Shown: in pieces, positions 26,590-38,700 of the stretch | Position numbering within the stretch: the stretch's first letter is position 1 | Layout of the letters: every line of letters begins with the position of its first letter | Assembly: GCF_037042905.1 (NCBI RefSeq) | Contig: NC_087248.1 | Coordinates: forward strand, 20,956,001-21,020,000 | Direction of reading: 5' to 3' | Length of the DNA stretch: 64,000 nucleotides | Origin: Lytechinus pictus | Lineage: Eukaryota | Notes under the pieces: generated by a model | The model's database searches: none | What the model was told of the DNA's origin: nothing | Seen by the model: the letters and a program-made list of their open reading frames with translations, nothing else | Made by a program: the position numbers and the translations under genes

Positions 26590-26602
26590 GTACCCTGGCA
26601 AC
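26590..26602 (+). promoter_or_regulatory. RFX X-box-like motif upstream of SPAG17 ATG
   Basis: GTACCCTGGCAAC, with a perfect GGCAAC half-site, about 90 nt upstream of the ATG; RFX factors are known to regulate ciliary genes. Confidence 0.5.
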
Positions 26603-26688
26603 GATCGTATCCCACACGAAACAGAACACGATACCTGTCAAAATTTTGAAAGATTTTGTGAAAATGAAAAATTGAAACAATAAGAAGG

Positions 26689-26775
26689 ATGTCCAAGAAG
26701 AGAGCTAAGAGTGGAGCAGGCTCAGCAGGTGCCGCCCGATGGGAATCTGGTCTTTTATCAACCAACTTTGAAGAG
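26689..26775 (+). CDS. SPAG17: SPAG17 coding exon 1
   Basis: ATG 26689; [29 protein letters not shown]; donor GTAAGA, phase 0. Confidence 0.9.
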
Positions 26776-29700
26776 GTAAGATAAACAGTGTGCTGCTTTC
26801 TTGCAGCTTTTTCAGCGGGTCTTTACCAACCCCCAGCCCGCTCTTGACGGCGGGGACGTATGATGTCGACCGCTGGGCTAGGAGAGCTGCGTGGATATCC
26901 TTGATCATATGAATATGATTAAGCTGAGCTGAAGCCACCTTGTCTCTGTTGAGTTAGCCCACTACTAGTACTACACACAACACTCTCATCCAAAAGTCTT
27001 TAAAACAGTGGAGCAGTAGATTTCTAAATATTGTCTTCAAATTAATTGTGAGGTGCTCCGGGCCCAGACCCAGTCTGCTGCGGTTGCACAGAGACAGTTA
27101 GTGAGTTACTGAGACTGAGTCAGTGCGCAGACGCAGTTCCCCTTCTCTGCACACACGCATATCTGCGCAATTCCAATGAAAGAAGAAACATGTACATAAC
27201 GACCACAAACTTTAAACCTGCAGAGTCTAGACAGATATTTATTAAAAAAATCTCAATCAAAAATCACAAAAAAGACAAACTTTATGGTTAAAAAGTAAAG
27301 GATCTACGTTCTTTTGTAACAAAGATGAAAGAGTAGCACAGTGAATTGTCAAAAAAAAAAGAATGTAGGATGGGGGGTCGGATGTCCGGACACTTTATAT
27401 TTTTTTTTGTCTTGGATGACACTAAAAATATGAATTCAATGAGTTGTAATTATCTTCTATTTTGTCCTAACATTTTGTACTAAAATTGATGAAACTTTGC
27501 TTGTAAATTTTTCCAAATGACTTTCTAAAAATTGATCGTCCGGACACACAACAACTGGGTATGCTCTAAGTCTAACAGTCAGAATTCTTTGACTACATGT
27601 ACCTGTTTACCTGTTTCACCAGATAACAATAGATTTCGGTCCACTGAATCCATTGTTCTCTGGTGAAACAGGTAAACAAGTAGTCAAAGAATTGTGACTG
27701 GTGCTGTATGAATATCTTCCAAGTTCTTCAAGCTACACTGACTGCCTCCTTCAATCCTGAAGATTCTTGCAGTATTGTAGTAGCGGGGACCGGCAGGTGA
27801 AATACACCGGGTGAACACCCTAATCTTTGACGAATAGTGTATTGGTTTTAACGTGCATAGGTTGTGACTCTCCTATACACGGGACCAACAATTGCGTCCT
27901 TTCCGATGGACGGAGTGTTTTCCAACTGCATTCACACCCGCACTGAACACAGCGGTGAGGCACGCTAACACACAACGCTAGCATCAGTTTTTTTTGTTAG
28001 ACGTCTTCCGGCATGCTGCGGGACTCAAACCCACGCACGTTGAGATCTTCTATCTTATCCGGAACAGGCGCTCTAACCGACTGAGCTATGCTGCCTCGTT
28101 ATACATCATATCTAGAAAATAATTTGAATAAACATGCATTTAAGTTGTTGGCTTTCCATAGTTATGGGTGATCGGATCAATCGCAACAGCAACTCTAAGA
28201 TGGGGCCCTGAATTTGAATTGTTACGTGCTTAGACATTTACCAGACAGCTTGCGAAACCAGCAAAAAGCTGTCCTACGGGAGTCATAAACAGAAAATAGA
28301 ACAAGGACCCCCCCTTCATATATGTGACCTACATGTACCACCCCAAAAACACAAGTCGCCAGGTAAGGTTCTCTGTAAATAGCCAAAATAGTAATTTAGT
28401 CTCCAAAACCCACAATTGAAAAAAGATAACTTATCTGTTATCTGAAAGAGCAATTCTTCTTCTTCATACTGTGAAAATTTGAAGTCGTGAAGTTAAATGA
28501 AAGAAAATATTATTTTGCCTTCTAAGAGTTTCTTGGACACTACTTTTTTTGACTGCTTGGAAGTTTCACTGAAGTTACACAGTATGCACATCTCATGCTT
28601 GAGTGAACCCTAAACTTCAAACCTTGTTTTCTCCTTATTTTGTAAGCTCTTGCTGCATTTCCTCTGCATTCAATCAAGTACTTGTAATGGTTATTGTTTG
28701 TCAATTTTAACATATCACTTTAAAGCTTAGAACATGAATTTTCGAGTTCAATTAAAAATCTCAATATTAATTATGGTTGACTTATTGTTGGTTTTGCGGT
28801 GGTAGGTCACATATGAAATTGACTGATTATTCATTCAAAAATTTCTCACAGTTCATACATTGTAAACTTAAAGTGAAATACTAAATACCAAACAGACTGC
28901 AAAATGTGAGAGTCAAAATTGCTTGACAGAATTGGAAAGTGGGTCAAGGGTTTCGCTGGTATGACAATTTCAAATTTTGTAGTGAGATTGACGAGTGGGC
29001 ACTCGGCTGAAAACGTGTCATAAAAAGTGGATCTGGATGTATACGATGCAGGGCCCTCCTGGGCATAAACACATCGAGTGAGAGAGGGCGGAGTGAGGAT
29101 TAGAAGGTTCTGTCAATGGCCTTTTTGAATCAGCTCGTCGATGTTGAGTTGATGACCGCATCACTCAAGTGATTCCACTCAATGATAGTGGATGGGAAGA
29201 ACGAGTTTCTGTATTATTCAGTTCATGCTCTGATTGCATTGTAGCACTCGTTATTATTTGTCACTTGCCTATTTATAATATTTGTAATGTCACAGTTTTC
29301 AAAGTGTTTTCAGTGTGACCTAGCTTGATCCTCTCATTTTTGTTGAAAAATGCATTCTTTTTTCCTTTTAAAAATATCTTTTTTTTGTGGGAGAAGGTTG
29401 GCATATCTGATTCTAGCCATAGGCGATTTTGGATTTCGATACTTATATGCAAATCTAACATGTTTATCTTGAATCCTCTCTATACAGGATGACTGGAAAG
29501 CCTGTATCTCCTTTGTGATAGGAAACAAACTCGATGATAAAGAATATGCGACTATTCTTTCTTCTGCTGTGGACTCCAAGCTGAGGAGACAATTCAGTGT
29601 TATTTACAAAGAGACATTGATGGAAGAGGTAAGGACAAAAAAAAAATTGTGTTTGTTGTAACCCAAAGTGACTGTCTTTCGTAAGACCTACTGACTAGGC

Positions 29701-32700
29701 CTATTTTTTTTCCTTAGATTTTGTAGATAATCTTTAGTTGAATAAAGTGCCTTCATCTGGATAAGGTTGGCTCATATTGATTTTTGAAAGTAACACAATT
29801 TTTCTTGAAATAATATTATAACCCTCCTTTTGACAGGTCAACGAGCTTGGGAACACAAAGATCAAGAAGGGTAAAGATGTCCCACAATTCTTTGAGATCT
29901 GCGAGACGGTGAAGTCAGAATACCTTGATAAGAATGAGGAGATTCCTATGGGTCTGATGGCTAAGCTGCTCAAATGGAAACTTCTCGCCATCAAGGAGAA
30001 GGATCTGAAGAGGAGGGAGGATGAGAAAAAGGTAGGAAATTTTCAGTAATATTTGTCCATCACACTTTTTCCTTTAGGTCTGATTGCTAAATTTCTCAAA
30101 AAGAAACTACCAGCCATCAAGGAGGAAGATGTAAAGAGGAGGGAGGATGAGAAGAGTGTAGGGGTAGGGAATTCACAGTTATATTTTTCACATTATTCCT
30201 CTTGGTATAAATGCGAATGTGCTCAAGTTTAAGCTTCTTGAATCGAGAAAGTTCTGAAGAGGAGCAAGGTTTAGAGCTCACTATTATACATGTATAAGTC
30301 CCAATTTATTTTAAATCAGAAGAAGAAATTGATACTGGAGATTCTGCTTTAGGAGTCAGATCTTTTAGGGACTCTGAAGTCTGTTCAACTGAGGTGAAAT
30401 TGGATTTGAATTATAAACAATACATATTTTACACATTTTGGTATGAATAATTGCTTCAACTTGTTTTTTTTGTCTCGCCTGCATAGCAGAGCGAGACTAT
30501 AGGAGCCACTTTTCCGACGGCGATGGCGGCGGCGGCGTCAACATCAAATCTTAACCTAAGGTTAAGTTTTTGAAATGACATCATAACTTAGAAAGTATAT
30601 GAACCTAGTTCATGAAACTTAGACATAAGGTTAATCAAGTATTACTGAACATCCTGCCTGAGTTTCAGGTCACATTACCAAGGTCAAAGGTCATTTAGGG
30701 TCAATGAACTTAGACCATGTTGGGAAAATTATTTTCAAAATCTTAACCGAAGGTTAAGTTTTTGAAATGACATCATAACTTTGAAAATTTATGGATCTAG
30801 TCCATGAAACTTAGACATAAGGTTAATCAAGTATTAGTGAACATCCTGCTTGAGTTTCAGGTCACATGACCAAGGTCAAAGGTCATTTAGGGTCAATGAA
30901 CTTTGGCCAAGTTGGGGGTATTTGTTGAATTACCATCATAACTTTGAAAATTTATGGATCTAGTTCATGAAACTTGGGCGTTAGGTTAATCAAGTACCAC
31001 TGAATATCCTGTGCGATTTTCAGGTCACATGACCATGGTCAATGGTCATTTAAGGTCAATGAACTTTGGCCGTGTTGGGGGTATTTGTTAAATTACCATC
31101 CTAACTCTGAAAGTTTATGGATCTAGTTCATAAAACTTGGACATAAGAGTAGTCAAGTATCACTGAACATCCTGTACAAGTTTCAGGTCACATGACCATG
31201 GTCAAAGGTCATTAAAGGTCAATGAACTTTGGGCATGTTGGGGGTATTTGTTGAATTACCATCCTAACTCTGAAAGTTTATGGATCTAGTTCATAAAACT
31301 TGGGATATAAGAGTAATCAAGCATCACTGAACATCCCCTGTGAGTTTCAGGTCACAAAACCAAGTCAAAGGTCAGTTAAGGTCAATAAACTTAGGCCATG
31401 TTGGGGTAATTGTTGAAGTGCCATCATAACTTTGAAAGTTTATGGATAGAGTGAATGAAATGTAGACATGGGTGCAGTTGACAGTCTTAAAGGGGAATCC
31501 AACCCAAATAAAAGAAAAATCAGAGAAGTTGACAGGTGAAAGTTTGAACAATATTGGACAAACAACAAGAAAGTTATGAATTTTTAAAAGTTGTAAATAT
31601 TGGTAATCACTATACCCATGGAGGCTTCAAATTGGCCGCATATGGGATGTCATAGTGATGTAAGGCAAGGACTACTCTTCCATGTACTCCAATACATATT
31701 ATGGCTAAAATGTCATTTCCCCCAAAAGTTTTATTTCAAATTATATTTTTCTTCCATGAGGACATAAAACAATATACTACCTGGGTTATATTTAGATTAC
31801 TGCCCCAGGGGAATGGGTACTTAGGAGAAAACCTAAAATCCCTGATAATAAAGTACATGGCCTATGGGAAAGTTGTCCTTGCCCCTTGTCATAATTTACT
31901 TACCCAGTTGCCAATTTGAAATCTACATAGTATTGGTGATCTCAATTTTAAAGCAGCTATAACTTTTTTATTGCTTGTCCGATTTCTTTCAAACTTTCAC
32001 TATTCTGTTTAATTTATTTTTCTCCTTCCTAACACAACATTTTATGGCCAAGGCTGGATTCCCCTTTAAGTCTCCGTTCAAATGGTCAATGAACGTGGTA
32101 TTATGTCATATGAATGATGTTTTTGTGAATGATTATTTTATAGTAGTTTTCAAAGTTAGCACTGCTGCTATATTAAATTGCGTAATGCAGGCGAGACTGC
32201 CAGAGGCGTTCCACTTGTTGTTTTTTTTGGCGCTGTCTGATTTTGCAGCTTATAGAAGGTTAACTTATACTGACTGGACTGTACTAACTTTCCAGTGATG
32301 AACATTTGATCAATCACAACTTCGTATCCATTGATCCTTCTCCTGCCTTCATTAATATTTCTGCCTCTGTTGACATTGCAGGCTCTGCAGAACAAGGATG
32401 TGAAAGGCACCAAGGGTGGCAAGGAAGCCGGTGGAGGAAAGAGGGCGAGGAGTAAATCCCCCGCCAAGGGCAAAGGCAAGAAATCTCCGGAGGTACCATC
32501 TCCAAAGAAGGACTCCAAACTGAAGAAGAGAGGAGAGGAAGATGATGATAACAAGTACATTGGTAAGCTTTTCAACTTATTTCCAGAACTGGCTGCACAG
32601 TATCGTTGATAGCTCTGACTAAGTGCCAACAGAGGCCCTGTTACAGCTGGTATGATGCAGCAATGCCTAATATCACAACATGTTACTTACATCTTGAATC

Positions 32701-35700
32701 AACGTTTGAAATCACAATTAAAAAGCTATGACTGGGCTTCGATTAGTGCTCTGTTAGCATTAACAATGTTTCTGTCCCGCCGGTACAGCTCTATAATAGC
32801 TGGATTTATAAAACATTTTCCCAGATGGTACAAAGCACAATTGTTAATACCTCGTCTTGAGCTCAAGCTGCCGCCTCATTAGCAGCACTCGGGGCATTCA
32901 AGGAATTAATACTACCGGGTACCCCATTCACCTCACCTGGGTCGAGTGCAGCACAATGTGGGTAAATTTCTTGTTGAAGGATAACACACCATGGCTGGGA
33001 TTTAAACCCATGTCCCTCCATTAGGAAGACAAGATTCAGAACCACAACATCATTTGCTGTGGTTGATTCACGATTGGAAGCTTTATGAAATTAGTCTGGT
33101 ATCATTTTCATTGTCAAAAGCAGAAGAACAGTTGATTCTCCTCCTTAGTCTCTGCTGTCCAAGTTGAGGTACATGTCAGAATCTGAATCAACAATAGCCA
33201 TTAATTTTTGTATAACGTTTCACAGTTTTTGTAGCATAAATCAATCTTGAAACTTCTAAAGCTACATTAAATTTCATAGTCTATGCTATAGACAATGATG
33301 GTCGATCACCCTGACAATAACAAGACCAAAGAATAGGAAGTTGGCCTCATAGCTTTTCTTTAAAAATGTTTTCCACTCAATTCTTTTTACATAGATGATG
33401 AGCCAGATGATGGCCCGCAGCATTACGTCATCATTGAGGGTTTCGATCAGGCCCCCCTCCTCTCTCTGCTCACCGACCTTGGCATCAACGTCAACTGCAT
33501 CATCCGTCTCCAAGCAGAGGACTACTCCTTGTTTGAGAAGAGGCGCAGGGAGGAGGAGGAGGAGATGGATGAGGATGATAGACCTCCAGAAGGTAAGTTG
33601 GTTGTCGGGATTGATGGTGGTGGTGNNNNNNNNNNNNNNNNNNNNNNNNNNNNNNNNNNNNNNNNNNNNNNNNNNNNNNNNNNNNNNNNNNNNNNNNNNN
33701 NNNNNNNNNNNNNNNNNNNNNNNNNNNNNNNNNNNNNNNNNNNNNNNNNNNNNNNNNNCTAATGATGGTAATGATGATGATGACAAAGAGGAGGGTTAAT
33801 GGCAATTGTGATTGTCATAATGATGTTGATGTAATAAATGCCTACTGTTATTAAGATTACAAAAAAATATATATAGTATCGGTATATCTATTAATACTCA
33901 AATTCAATTCAATTCCATTTTACAATAGCTCTGATATTGGCTGTTAAGAAAGATAACATTTTCACGGTAGTTTCTACTTGTTTGTAAAATCAAAACCCCC
34001 TTTACCATCCCCCTTCTTCCTATATCCAGTCATCGAGGAGGAGAAGAAGAAAAGGGAAGCCGCCAAGGAAAAGCTTGAGAAGTTTTGGCTTCAGCACGAA
34101 CCACTCCTGAAGAAAGCTTCCAAGAGCTCCAAGCTCCAGGACATTGCCCGCCTCACCTACACGGTGAAGAATCAGATCATTCCCGATGACATGAAGGATA
34201 ATGAAAAGAGAGTGAGTAGCATTGAATCTTAAAGCTTATTGCATAAAAAGCTGCATTTAATTGCAGCTCAAGTAATCAATTGCTTGTTTCTTACTACGCA
34301 TATGTCATTGGTTGAAAGCCAAGTTGCATTTAATATTTTGAAGTTGCATTTGATCACAGCTCTTTCTGCAACTGGCACCGCGACAATTGCTTTCCAGTGG
34401 TTCTGACTTGCTTGAGGGTCATCTGTTCAAATCCCACCACAGTGATAGTGTTCTTCGACGTCAGTTGACGCTAAGCCGCTATCCATCCAGGTGTTAAATG
34501 GGTACCTGATAGGATGCGAAAGCCAGTATAGTATGCTTACGGATTTTAATTTTGGTAGCTTTTGTTGATGTGCTCCACATGGAATGGATAAAAGGTATTG
34601 TGTGGGGCAAGTCAGAATTTGATGACCTGGATAAATTTATATCTGCAAGGCACTTAGAGACATTGTCATGTTTTAAGTCCTTCATAAGCGCAGAATAGTG
34701 TTATGATCATTAATAGTTCTACAACATAAAGTATTAAGCGACCTCTGTCTGAGATTAATGAATTAGGAAACCATTCCTGTGAAATTTATTTCTTTTTAAC
34801 AATGTCTTCTGCCTTGAAGGTTATGATTGATAATTATCATAAATATTTGTTTGTGTTTGGCCGTGATCAAATAATGGTGAAATAAAAGGATCCCCCCACC
34901 TCTCTCTCTGATCCTCCCTTCCCCTCTTTACTCTACAGACCCAGTTTGGTACAGACATGTTTGAGGATGTAGCCTGCATGATGTACGATCTCCTGGACTC
35001 AGAGAGGCAGTACAGGAATTTCCTAGACAACATGAAACTCATCCAGGTCCCTGTCGTAGAGAAAGATCCTCAAGGTATGCAAAGTGGTGAAAGGTCGACT
35101 TATGCAGATTTTACTGTACTATTAGTTCCATAAAGTGCTTCCTGTGTCTGTTCATACCAGCATCTGCAAGTTGACGTTGTCTAATCCCCTTGTATTCCTT
35201 ATTGTACTCTCAATCTACCCTACAGCTACTGACAGTCAATCCACGGTCCCTGCCGGGGGCACAGCAGCGCAGCAGCCAGCAGGCGGCCAAGCAGTCCCCA
35301 CCGACCCTGCTGCTGCCCCGGAGCTCAAGCCCATCGTAGTCTCTGCAGACGTGGATACCCGCTACTACAATGAACTCATGGATAGCATTCCTCAAGAGAG
35401 TGTCAGCGTACCTCTTATCATGCACTGCATGCTTGATCAGGTAAGGGAAGACAATTCTTCAAGGTATGGGCAGATCTAGGATTGAACAGGGGCCTATTTC
35501 ATAAACTATTACTCAGTTGAAACAAATTCTTTTGCAATCATTGCTTAGCATTGTGTTACAGGGACTAGAACTATATAAATTATTTTAAAGCTTAGTCCCT
35601 GTAGTTGCAGCAATCGAAGTTTTCATGAGATAGTATTATAAATCAAGGTTAATTGTCATTATATAATTGTAGATCAAGATCTTCTTCCTTTACAGAAACC

Positions 35701-38700
35701 TAACTCTGTGGAATCATTAAATTTAAACCCCCAAAAATATCACTTTAAAGATCACCATGACTGATACATGTAAGTACATTATCATTGCTTGGAGAAAAAT
35801 CCAACATGTGACTGGAATGCCAGAATTATATTATCCATTTCTCAGTAATTATATGGTTTTTTTTTTAACCTAATCATTTGATACATATTTTTCATTGATA
35901 AAAAAACACTTTAGCGGTCATATTTTGTTTTCAAATTTGTTCTCAGATTGTTACCACAACTGGTATTTATGTGTAAATTTGCTACATATGACTGTTATTT
36001 CCCTAGGTTGTTGCCACATCTGAAGAGCGTGGTCCACCAAGCGATAAGGACAAGATCCCTCGAGAGGATGGTCTGGACCAAGGACTGGCGGCTCACATCG
36101 ACAAGATGGCTGCCAAGCTCCATATTACTGATAGCAATAAAGTTGAACAGGTAACTGAGGAATGTTAACAAAAAGAAATCTATTTCAGTTGATTTTCTTT
36201 CTTGATCCCCCCCTGAAAAAAAACAACAGAAATGTATTTTGTTATTTTTGAAATTCTCCCCACATATGCATATCTAGTGGATGTTCAAAGCTGTTCGTAA
36301 GATACGAATGACTTTAAGCACAACTGGTAATCCTTTCTCATGCCAAGTAATATATCCCTATGTAATTGAGCTAGGACCTAAGATCATGTTCCAGTCATGC
36401 GTAAACTTGTGCGTAACTTTACGAACAGCTTTATGAAACACCACCCTGATTGCCATCTTCCATGACACAAGTCTCCTTTTCTCTCTCTTTTTCAGCTGAA
36501 AGAATCGCAAAATGGCGTCACCCCTGCCAAGTCCCTCGCTCTCTCTATGCCTGAATTCTTCCAGTTTGGTGACAACATCTCACTCCGACTCAAGCATCTT
36601 CAGTCCGTCAACGGCTTCAATGCCATGGAGGCGGAGCTTGCCATGTTGGACTACATCCCGGTTGCTAAGCTACGAGAGTTCCCACGCCCATCATCCAGCA
36701 TCATCAAGCAACGAGCTGCAAGGTTGCAGGAACTACTCCATCATCTAAGGTACGAGGTTCGGAGTAGGCTGTACCTTTTCTCTCTTTATTGTTAAATTTA
36801 TATGTTCCATTATAAAATACGACATAATATTTATTGAATTTTTATTGCATGCATACCCCTATTTATGAAATCTTTGATTAACCCATTTGTTCATTCTTTC
36901 TAGCATGTCTTGGTTTTTTGTTCAATCTTTTATTCATTTCTTCAAGCTTTCATCAATCATTCATCTATTCCTTTCTCTATTTATCCCTGTATTCATTCCA
37001 TCCGTTTTCAAGTTCTTTGTGTCTTCAGTCGATAATTTGCCCTCCCATTTATTAATTCGTCTTAAAGGGATGGTCCGGGCTGGAAGCAAAATGCTGAAAA
37101 TTTCATCAAAATCGGATAACAAATAACAAAGTTATTGAATTTTAAAGTTTAGCAATATTTTGTGAAAACAGTCATCATGAATATTCATTAGGTGGGCTGA
37201 TGATGTCACATCTCCACTTGTTCTTCTGTATTTTATTATATGAAATTAGGTTTATAAAAAATTTTTCCTCCAAGAACTAAAAAAATTGGATTGACAACTG
37301 ATTTAGTGCATTAGATATTTATTGCTGCAACTTATTTCATTATAAGGGAGACATATTATTCATACAAGTATGAAATAATGAAAAAATTATGATTTTATGT
37401 AATAACATAAGAAAACGGAAAGTGGGGATGTGACATCATCAGCCCACGTAATGAATATTCATGACGACTGTTTTCACAAAATATTGCTAAACTTAAAACT
37501 TCAATAACTTTATTATTTGTTATCCGATTTTGAAGAAATTTTCGGCATTTTGCTCAGTGAATTCTACTCTATGTATTAAGATATAAATATTTTTAGCCTG
37601 GACCATCCCTTTAACCTTCTTTTATGAACTTCATTCAGGTGTTTGGAAGAAACAACCGCCAGTATAGGCTTATAAAAAATGATATAATGAAATATTTCAT
37701 ATGATGATGCTGAAATGCTTTATAATGAATGCAAACATGCTGTGTAGATAAGAAAACGATTTATGGTTGAAACAAAATTACAGAGAGAATGACCAATCCA
37801 TATATGATGCTATCTTGTATTTCACCATTATGATTACAGCTCGGGTGTTGTCGACTCGGCCGAAGTGGACCGCGCCTTCAAGCAGTTCGTCTTCGAGAGC
37901 CTGGTCTTGAGGGGTACGGAAGAGGACGGGTGTGTCTCTCAGCAGGTGGTGTCGGAGGGAATAGTCTGGGACGATCCTTACCCCCTCTTTGCCAAGAAAG
38001 TGAAGGATGAAGGCGAGATGATGGAGAATAAGGAAGAAGAACTACAGAAATTGACAACGGAGAATGTTCAGAAAAATGAAGGTAAGAGACTGCGAAATGA
38101 CCTGAACATACGCGTATTTTGTTTGATAATTGGATGTATGTATGCCCATTTATAATATCACACAGCTCTGCAGTTCCACAAATATGTCTAACCCTTACTT
38201 TTTATTATTTTCTAGTGACTGAATGGATTTGTAATTTGGTGTGTTGTTCCTTTTCTGAGTCCAGGGGCTTGTTTCTTGAGTTGAACTATGTCAATATACG
38301 GGTTGTGTTGTCTAGGGGTTCAAGCATTGGACTCATAATCACAATTTGAATCCCAGCTCTGCCATTGTCTCCACTTTGATAAAAAGACCCGAGAGTAATA
38401 TCTCTCATTTATAAGGTCAGCCATTTTTCCTGATTAACTTACAATAGCGTATCCAGCATCAACTGTGACAAAGAAATGTTTGGGCCCATGCACAAGCATA
38501 ATAGAATCACTATCGTCACTATTGTGGGTCCATGAAATGTTTTGTAGGATCTGATGCTGGATACGCGCCTGACTTCGATGTAAAATGTTTCTTATGTAAT
38601 TGGTTGTATACCTCCTCGGTGTTGACTAGCAAAAAGCTGTTCTTCAGAGTTCCTATGAGAGTTACCATAAACTATGATAAATTTGCAATGTGGAAACTGT

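Noticed and set aside
28015-28095. tRNA gene
   Set aside because: A and B boxes are present but there is no proper cloverleaf, and it continues into a SINE body
33286-33805. ORFs spanning the N gap
   Set aside because: Artefacts of translating Ns; only 33395-33592 is a real exon
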